Positions 27,474-60,000 of a stretch of DNA of 60,000 nt are shown one piece after another. How positions within the stretch are numbered: the first letter of the stretch is position 1; the number at the start of each line of letters is the position of its first letter. Origin of the DNA: Felis catus (taxonomy: Eukaryota); NCBI RefSeq assembly GCF_018350175.1, contig NC_058383.1, positions 17,424,001 to 17,484,000 on the forward strand, in the 5' to 3' direction. The position numbers and the translations under genes were made by a program. The notes below the pieces were generated by a model. The model made no database searches, was not told the DNA's origin, and was given only the letters and a program-made list of their open reading frames with translations.

Positions 27474-28750
27474 AGACAAAGACACAGGGAGACAATGCGG
27501 ATGTGACCTTCTGGAACACAATACCCCTCCCACCCTCACCCAGCTCAAGTAGCTTGACCCTACTTGAGCTGTGTGAGCCCTGCCTGTGTGACGCCAATAT
27601 ATGTAACCCCCAAGGTGGGCTCTGTTGAGGAGGGGAGCCTGTCTGTCCCTTCCAAGAATGTCCTTCTTCAGGACAGGCAGTTTGCCCCAGTGTCTGATTA
27701 CAGCCCTCCTGCTCCCATCTCAGGCTTCTTTGGGGACATCAGAGCAGGCCCCAGCATCCCCACCCTTTTTCCTTCCTGCTGCCTAGCCAGGACACCCTTG
27801 TGGCCCCGGTGTTTCCGGAATTCCTACAGCCTTGGGGCCACAAGAACAAGGGTGGAGCCACGGCTGGAATGATGCTGTTGCCTCCTTGAGTGGTATTAGG
27901 CCCATAGCTGTCCATTCCTGGGTCTCCATTGGACCAGAGGATCCCCGAGGGTCTGCTGTGCCCCATCTTCTGCAAGTCCCACAGGTCATATGATGTGTTT
28001 GCTTGTTGGCTGCCGTGTCTGTACGTGTCCTGGAATGTTGTCTGGGGGCTGGTGGCTTTTGCATGCTCTTGGACGAGTGTGCTGCTCACCCTCCGTGCAC
28101 CTACAACCTCCAAGCCCATGTGTGCCCTGTGGGTGGTCCTGGGCCTGGCCAGGGCTCGCTGCTTCCCCGTCTCCTTTCTCCCCAGCCCCGCCTCTCATGA
28201 AGCACACTGCGTGTCCATCCCATGTGCCTGTGGGTCGATGCACGCTCTTGCCACGCCTTGAGCGTGTGTACATGATGTGTTCTATGCATTCACCCTGTCC
28301 CCCCAGCCTGCCCCGCAGAGGACAAGATGGGTGGCGCCCGGCTCCCTTCTTCCCCCCACCGCCCCCTTCCCGCTGTGCAGCCGTGTGCGTTGGCGTGTGT
28401 TTCCGTGTCGCTGGCGTGTCACGTGATGTAGCCGTGTTTGCTGACATGAGCCCTTGCCCCTCCTGTTTCTCCGTTGGTTTCTAGAGCTCTTTCCCTTTCC
28501 TCCCCAGAGGGGACAGGACTCCTGGGGCCTGGCTGGGGGCCCAGAGCCAGGCCACCCTCTCCTGTTAGCCCTCAGAGTCCCATTTCTCTCTATTGGTGAC
28601 CAAGTTGCAAATGGATAAAACACAGGAAAATTCTGCCCCGCCCCCTGCCCTGCATGTCCTGTCCCCAGAGCCCCCACCCCCACCCCCACCCCGGGCCGGG
28701 TCGGGCCCCGTGGGACGGGAGAAATAGCAACCAATCCAACAGCGGGCGTG
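25384..28750 (+). other. STX1B: STX1B long 3'UTR (3' end approximate)
   Basis: Follows the stop codon. GU/RY-rich with no recognisable transposon. No AATAAA seen; variant GATAAA at 28614-28619. Confidence 0.65.
27419..27468. repeat. Compound (GT)n(GA)n microsatellite in the STX1B 3'UTR
   Basis: Read directly from the sequence. Confidence 0.9.
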
Positions 28751-28869
28751 CTGTGTGCTCACTTCCTTCTGTCCCCACACGGGACGGGCGCCGTGGGGAA
28801 GGGGGAGACATGGTGGGAGGCGGGAGGGAGAGCTGGACAGGCAGATGGGCACAGGCTTGGATAAGGAAC

Positions 28870-28875
28870 TTTAAT
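28870..28875 (-). terminator. Putative HSD3B7 poly(A) signal ATTAAA
   Basis: tttaat on + strand, about 610 nt after the stop codon. Confidence 0.55.
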
Positions 28876-29487
28876 CTAGGGCTTGGCCAGGTACAGCATT
28901 ACCAGGGCATCCTCAGGCAGAGATCGAACATTACTGCAGGAACTAATTTGGGTGGAGGGGTGGGAAGAAGGAAAAATACACAGATTTGCGTAGGCTTCAT
29001 TGAAAAGAGCTGTCCAAAGGTGATCAATGTTTGAAAATAATGGGACTGTGATCCCTGAGGGAGGGCCAAAGGTGGTGACAGGAGCCAGAAAGTATCTTCA
29101 CTCTGAATCCAGGCCTGAGGGTCACACCTGGACACAAGAAAGCCAGCATGAAGCCCATGGAACTCCTACTCACTTCCCGCTCGAAAAGCCAGAAATGGGA
29201 TGGGCAGTTGAGAACATCAGGGGAATCAGACATCCGCCAACCAGCCATCAGGCCTGGGTTGAGAGTGAAGACATGCCTGCCCCAAAACCCTGCCCTAGAA
29301 CTTAGACGCATCAGGACATGGACTGAAGGCTCATGGGATTAAAACTGTGGAGAGCTGTAGGATAACCAGTGTGGCACCAGACCCCTCTTCCAGCTCTAGA
29401 ATGCAGCCTTCCCTCCCCACCCAGGGTTTGAGGGCTCTGGACCTGGATGGATGTGCCATGCTGGGCTCCAGGGCCCCAGCTCCACTG

Positions 29488-32037
<2,550 letters not shown>

Positions 32038-32354
32038 CTACCCCAGTGCCAGCAGCTCACCTGTTACTCCTAGACAGGGCCTCTGGCCCAGTGGACTGGA
32101 TCAGCAATCCAGGGGCCGGAGCTGCTCCTGGAGGCTGCAGCAGCCAGGCTAACCCACCCTCTGACTGCAGTTACTGAGATAAGAAGGGGGAGGGCTTGGC
32201 ATTTGGGAAGGGCTCAGGGTTTGAGCTGGAGGGGGAGGTTCTGGGACAAAAATGGAGGGTAGGAGTTAAGGGGGTGGGAAGGAAGGGAGAGGGAGATGGG
32301 GAAGACTGTAACTAGGGAAAGGGACCCGTGGGCCCTGGCATCACCTCTGCCTAC

Positions 32355-32460
32355 CTGCAGCCACAGTCCCAGGGTGCCCAAACTGGCCACCGGAGGAGGG
32401 ACCCTCTTCTCGGCGCCTGGGCCAGCCGGCCAACACACCGTCCCCTTCCGCTTGCTCCTC
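32355..32460 (-). other. HSD3B7: Probable non-coding exon 1 / TSS region of HSD3B7
   Basis: Donor CAG|GTAGGC at 32354 on the - strand, small CpG cluster, ETS-like CGGAAG; 5' boundary approximate. Confidence 0.5.
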
Positions 32461-32531
32461 CCTCCTGGCCCATTCCAGGAACAGACACCAGCCCAGCCTC
32501 CACCCCTCTGTCCCCCACACTCTTGCCATAG

Positions 32532-32549
32532 GGCGCCCCCTGGTGGCCA
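32532..32549 (-). promoter_or_regulatory. CTCF binding motif
   Basis: TGGCCACCAGGGGGCGCC on the - strand, matching the canonical CTCF core. Confidence 0.8.
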
Positions 32550-32986
32550 CTCTGCACTCCACTGCCATCGGGTTCCAGCAAAGAACTTGGGGAAGGGGCT
32601 AGGGAAGCCAGAACCAGACGGGTGGCTACTGAGGATGGAGCAGGTGGGGTGACCTCATTCCCACTGCATGATGTCAGTCCTTCCCTTTTGCTGGATTTCC
32701 CAGGATGCCAGAAGCCCAGCAGTTAACTGTGGTTCTGGGAAGGGAAGAGAGGCCTGACCTTGGCCCAGCTCTGGCTGACCTTGGTGGGGGATTTCTGGAT
32801 GACTATTCCAGCCTATTAGGTGACCCAGAACAATGGTGGTTGAGTCTGAAGGTCTACCCACCCCACACTTCAGGCCATCCACTTCTCCCTCTCTTCACTT
32901 GCCCCATCCTTTGTCCTCAACCCCCATCCCCCCACCCTGCTCTTTCCCAAAGATATTCATTCACCAAGCACTTTTGTACAATAAAG

Positions 32987-32992
32987 TTTAAT
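32987..32992 (-). terminator. Putative SETD1A poly(A) signal ATTAAA
   Basis: tttaat on + strand in an AT-rich patch about 640 nt after the SETD1A stop codon. Confidence 0.65.
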
Positions 32993-33628
32993 CACAATTA
33001 TAAAAATGTGGCGTTGGGTTTGCGCTATTAACATATGTACAATCCAGCCCAACAGGAAGGGCCCGCCCCCCCCACCATCCTGGCCTGGCAGAGCAGGAGC
33101 TTCCAGACACCAGGGTGGGAGGGTGACCCACAGGGTCTGGCAGGAACAGAAGATGAGGCAGGGTTCCAGGCACGGAGTCCCTAGGACTGGGGGCACAGAG
33201 CCCCCCCCCAGGGGGAGAACATGGCCACTGCCCCTAGAGACCCCCTAAACTGGGGAGGGGTGCACGCAGGGCACAAAGGGGAAGTCCCCATTAACACAAA
33301 GCAAGGGGGCTATGCAGCCCCCCAAGAACAGGATCTGTACAGGCCGGCACCCCAGGTTTCCACAGGAAACAGCTGCTGGCAGCTACAAAACATTTACAGC
33401 TTCTTCTCCGCAAAGAAAAAAAAGTTAGGGGGTGGGTGGGCAGGGGCGACAGGGGAGGCAGAAGTTGCCTCAAGGGACTGAGGCTCCCTTGCTGGGCTCA
33501 GGGCCTCCCAACCCCGTATCTGGAGATGGGGGCATGTGGGCCCTGCTGAGCCCACTAAGGCTGGGGGGCTGGGAGCTCAGGGCACCAAGGGGAATAAATA
33601 GGGGCGTGGGCACCAGTCCTGCCCCACC

Positions 33629-55033
<21,405 letters not shown>

Positions 55034-55249
55034 TCATTTACACTGTCAGGAAAGAGAAATAGGCAAGGGGGTTCAGGGCTTAGGCCTGACCCCCTTGCTG
55101 CCCCTCACCGACCGGCCCAGACTTCAGGTCCGTTCATCACCCCAGTTTACACACCTCACCATGACCCGTGGCTCCCCCAGATTTTCCCCCAAGTACCCTC
55201 TCTCACAACACCCCATTCTCTCTCCACCTCCCAACTCTCCCTTCAGGCC

Positions 55250-56800
55250 CCCAGGCCCATCTCGCGCCCCCTTACCTTCCCGCTCTGCTTAGCGCGCGCC
55301 CCACTTGGCCTCAGAGCAAGACCCCTCCCCCGCCCCCTGGCAGGCCCCGCCCCCTCCCGCCTCCTCACCGGCCAGCGGCCCGGGCCAAGCCCGGCTCTCG
55401 CTCCCACACACCCGCTTGCGTCCCCGCGCCCCGATCCTCTGGCCAAGAGGTGGCACCTCTTCGGGGCGTTGGAAACACCGCGAGACCGAGCTCGAGACCC
55501 GGCTTCGGCCCCGAATCCGGGCGGGGGGGGTGGTGGGGGGGGGAACGCGCGCCGCTGCCCTCTCCTCCCGCCCCGGCGCGTTCTGCCCCCCCATCTCCGC
55601 GCACGCGCGGCGAGGCCTCACTCACCCGCTCGTGGCGAGCGGCTCCCCCTCCCCCCACCCCGCGCGGCACCTCAGCGGCGCGAGGCGGCGGCGGCGGCGG
55701 CGGCGGCAGCGCGAGACCCGGCCCCGCAGCGGTGGCGGCGGCGGCGCCCCCCCACCACCACCTCCCCGGCGCGCGCACCAAACACCACCGCCACCTGCGC
55801 GAGGCCCAGCGGGCACAGGGTCTACATTCGCACTTTCGCCACGGGTGCCGCCGGGAGACCCACGGGGCCGAGGAAAGCGGCTTCGCCTCGGCCGGCGCCC
55901 TTTAAGGCTCCAGAGTTGCGGCCCAGGGAGCCTGGAGATTGGCCGCATTCCCCGGAGAGTGGGCTTCACCACGACTACCCAGCTGCTCTGGCCTGGGGTC
56001 CTTGACGAATCGGCGGCGACGAAAGCAGCGACTAATCCCTGAGGAAAAGGGGGCGGGGCGGAGGGGAGGAGGCCAGCCAGAGCTGGGGAGATTTGAGTGG
56101 CGCGTTGAACAGGCGCAGATTCGTCAGGCGGGCGGGGCGAATCGGTGGATGGGATGCGCGCTCCTTTGCTCTTCTTTCCTGCCCCTTCCTTGTGCGGCCA
56201 AAGGCCTGAAAGGCTGCAGATTCGCCACAGGTCCTGTGGTCCTGGCCTCAGCTGTCGCCTCCCTTCACCCGCCTTGGTGGAGTCAAGAAAATAATGCCTG
56301 GTTAGCCAAGCCCCGTTGGCAGAGTTGGCCACTTTTCCCGGATCTTTCTTACTAGCAGAGCTTGGGGAATGCCCAATTTCGACCCCGGAGAAATGGCTAC
56401 AGCCCAAAGCTGCTCTCGGAGGCCGATGAGAATTTCCAGCCTGGTATAGAGAGGCCCAAGTAATTCTGAAGAGCTGGCCTAGCGAATCTGCGGATCCTCC
56501 TGTGGGCGGAGCCAACGCGCGGCGCGCAGAGGGCGTGGCCAGGGCGTGTAAAGCCCGGCGTCGCGGGGGCGCTTCCTGTAGGACCCACCGAAACCGTGCG
56601 GGCTGGGAGGGGCGCCTAGGAGATGGAAAAATACAACTAACAGCGGTGACTCAGGCCGTTTGCCTGGTGTCGCACACAATGCCGGGAACGTTTTCCTTTC
56701 GCTGTCCCCTTGGGCCCCAGCTGTTTCAGATGCCCATTTGACAGATTGGGAGACTGAGGCCGCAGAAGGTGCCGCATTTTACCTATAATCGAGCCGCCAT
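55250..56800. promoter_or_regulatory. SETD1A CpG-island promoter, including non-coding exon 1 (candidate donor GG|GTGAGT at 55625)
   Basis: Very high CpG density, (GGC)n, GC boxes GGGGCGGGG, ETS-like CTTCCTG. Confidence 0.88.
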
Positions 56801-57278
56801 TCGTAATTAAATTCGAGGCTGCCTCAAAGTTCTGTGAAAAGTCTTGGGGGGCATAAAGGTCTTAGAACAGGTCTCGTGAAAAATAAACTAGTACCTACTG
56901 GAGCTTGGCTGGGCTGGTCGATTCTCCAAGCACCATGCTCCCAGTGCCCTCAGCTTGGAGCCGGGGCGGGGGGCTATTCTTACGTGGTCCCACCGCTGGA
57001 GGGCAGCACCAGCCCAGGCGCTAACGTCGCCGAGGCTGGGGACCCTTTTATTTCGCTTGGACGCAGGGCATCCTGGTTTCTGGGTAACCGCACTCTCAGA
57101 AGGACCCCCTGCTTGAGCTGAGGATGCTCTAGGTTTCAGACATCTCTGCCTACATTCGTTCCTCCTTGTGTGACCTTGGGCAAGCCACTGACCTCTCAAA
57201 ATTTAAGATTCTTCCTCTGAAAAATGGATGTTCATTCCTGTCTCACAGGAATGTTATAGCAGTCAGAACAGTAAAGGA

Positions 57279-57479
57279 GGGGTGCCTGGGTGGCTCAGTC
57301 AGTTAAGCTTCTGACTTCCGCTCGGGTCATGATCTTGCGTTTCATGAGTTCGAGTCCTGCATAGGGCTCTCTGCTGTCAGTGTGGAACCCCCCTTTCGGT
57401 CCTCTGTCCCTCTCCCTCTCTGCCGCTTCCCTGCTCAAGCTATCTCTCAAAAATAAATAAACATTAAAAAAAAAAAAAA
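57279..57479 (+). mobile_element. Can-SINE
   Basis: ggggtgcctgggtggctcagtc head and A tail. Confidence 0.9.
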
Positions 57480-58196
57480 GTGCGGGAAAGGACCCTGAGG
57501 CCTGGTTCATACAAATTCACAATTTTAAGTTACAGGAAAAGAGAAAAGAGGGACTGGACCAAGGTCTCATGCTAAGAATAGAGGAGCGAAGATTAGAGCC
57601 CCTTAAATTTTTGAGGAAAATTAGACTTACATGAAAGCCTAATTTTTATATGAAAGCACTGGTGATAAGAGCAGATTCCTTTCTCTTGTCCCAGTTGAAA
57701 GGTATTGATTGGCTTCTTATACCAGACAGAAGGAGATTTCCCATGGTATGGTAAAGGTAGTCCAAGTTTTCATTGCTTTGGGCAAGATCCTCCACTTTGT
57801 CGGGCCTGTTTCCTTATCTCTGAAATGGAAATGGTGAAGACTTGTCTCTTGAGGTCGTTGTGAGGGTTATATAAGATATCCTTGCTCCTAGTATGTAGTA
57901 GTCACTCAAGAAAGAAACTTACACTTTAGAAAGAAACTCTAAATCATCAATGGAAGAGATGGAGACCCAAGAACAAGAATGCAAAAATTTTAGCCTTGGA
58001 ATAACTCAGTCTCCAAATCTGAAGATACTGGTCCCTGCCAGCACCAGAAGGGGATCATATCTGGAACCATTCTTCTGCACCCCGCCCCCCTCCAGGTACA
58101 CCTGCTTCCACCTGGCTCTTAGGAGTAAGTCACCTGATCCCAAGGAGGCCCCCTCTTCACCCCATTCACAGCTACAGGGACATCTGTGAAACACAT

Positions 58197-58202
58197 TTTA
58201 TT
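58197..58202 (-). terminator. ORAI3 poly(A) signal AATAAA
   Basis: tttatt on + strand, about 815 nt after the stop codon. Confidence 0.75.
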
Positions 58203-59015
58203 ATACAAAACAAGGTGCATCAAAAATTCAGTGTGAGAATAGCTCTGTATTCCAAGGGCTAGTGACTGGATCCTCTCCCTTAAAACCTCCCCACCCCAAA
58301 CCCTTACTAGAGAGTCAGGTTGGGCACACAGGCCCTCAGTCTCCAAAGATCTCCAGCCCTGGCCCAGGAGAGTGAGAACCAGACGCAGAAGCTTAAGTGT
58401 GGGTCTAGGGCAGTGGGGCAGGCACTTGAACCTCCATAAATAGCGAGGCTCCTCCTAGGAAAGAGTGGACCTATGTCTGGGTTAGAAACACCCAAATCCT
58501 TCTCTTCAGCAACTAAAGCAAAAATGTGGAACCCATCAAAATCTGGAGATGGGGAAAAGCTTTCCCAAAATGCCAACCATAAAGTAGATTCTACAAAAAT
58601 AAAGCAAGGGTTAGCTACCTTCTGAGGCGGCTGGGTGGGTGGGTGTGTAACCTCTGACTTCCACATCCTGTACAGGGTTAAGGTGTTAAGGGTCAGCACC
58701 AAAGGTCTGACCAGGGTCTCCCTGCCTCCCCTCTAGCTACATGAGACTTGGACTGAAGACCTTCTACTTCCTCCTCTGTTCCTCCCAGCCCAGATATAGA
58801 CAGACTGGGATAGACTGACAGCGAGGAGAATCCCTGGGAATGTAAAAGCTGCCCCCGGGGCCCACCCCAAAGGACTCAGAAAGCAGGAGTCTGGTCTCTA
58901 CCTGGGAGTGGCCACAGGAGTGGCTCCAGGCAGGGGCAAGGAATGGGGTCTGTGGACCTGGGTCCTCCTGCAGACCGGAGGGAGGCAGTGTTTACAGTAG
59001 TGGTTAACATCAGCC

Positions 59016-59702
<687 letters not shown>

Positions 59703-60000
59703 CTATAACCTCTTTGGCAGTAGAGGGTTGTTTTACCTGTTGGTATACATTACCAAGGTATCCCTAGGACCTAGAACGGTGCCTGGCAGGAAGAAGGTGC
59801 TTAGTCTTTGTTGAGTGAATGAATTGGTAGCCTCGGTAAGGCTCTGTCCTTTTACTGGCTTTGGTTTCTGCACCTGGCTATTGAGAGAGCTGGATGACAC
59901 ATTTCTGGAAATCTTACCTTGTTATCACCTAGGGGTTAAAAAACAGATTCTGGAGCTGGGCCACCTGGGTTCACTCTCAGCTCTACAAGCTGACAAGTGA

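Overview
Mammalian genomic DNA, almost certainly a carnivore and probably a felid, because the abundant Can-SINEs are of the SINEC_Fc type. It contains the conserved cluster STX1B (+, 10 coding exons, 288 aa), HSD3B7 (-, 6 coding exons, 369 aa), SETD1A (-, 18 coding exons, 1708 aa) and the last exon of ORAI3 (-). I reconstructed every exon by hand; all three complete CDSs are intact, with consistent splice phases. The first 10 kb is repeat-rich intergenic DNA (Can-SINE, MIR, L2, L1, MLT1, MER5). I found no convincing wholly new system. The best leads are regulatory or structural: (1) a U12-type AT-AC intron in SETD1A upstream of the catalytic exons; (2) an unexplained degenerate 21-bp (10+11) tandem repeat in STX1B intron 1, within a 137-codon stop-free antisense frame ending at a splice donor; (3) STX1B intron 9, with a Gly-rich TMD-less read-through, a strong alternative donor and a ~150-nt AG-free zone; (4) a perfect DR5 element before STX1B exon 2; (5) an overlapping uORF in SETD1A; (6) a SINE inserted beside an HSD3B7 3' splice site; (7) seven RBFOX motifs in the STX1B 3'UTR.
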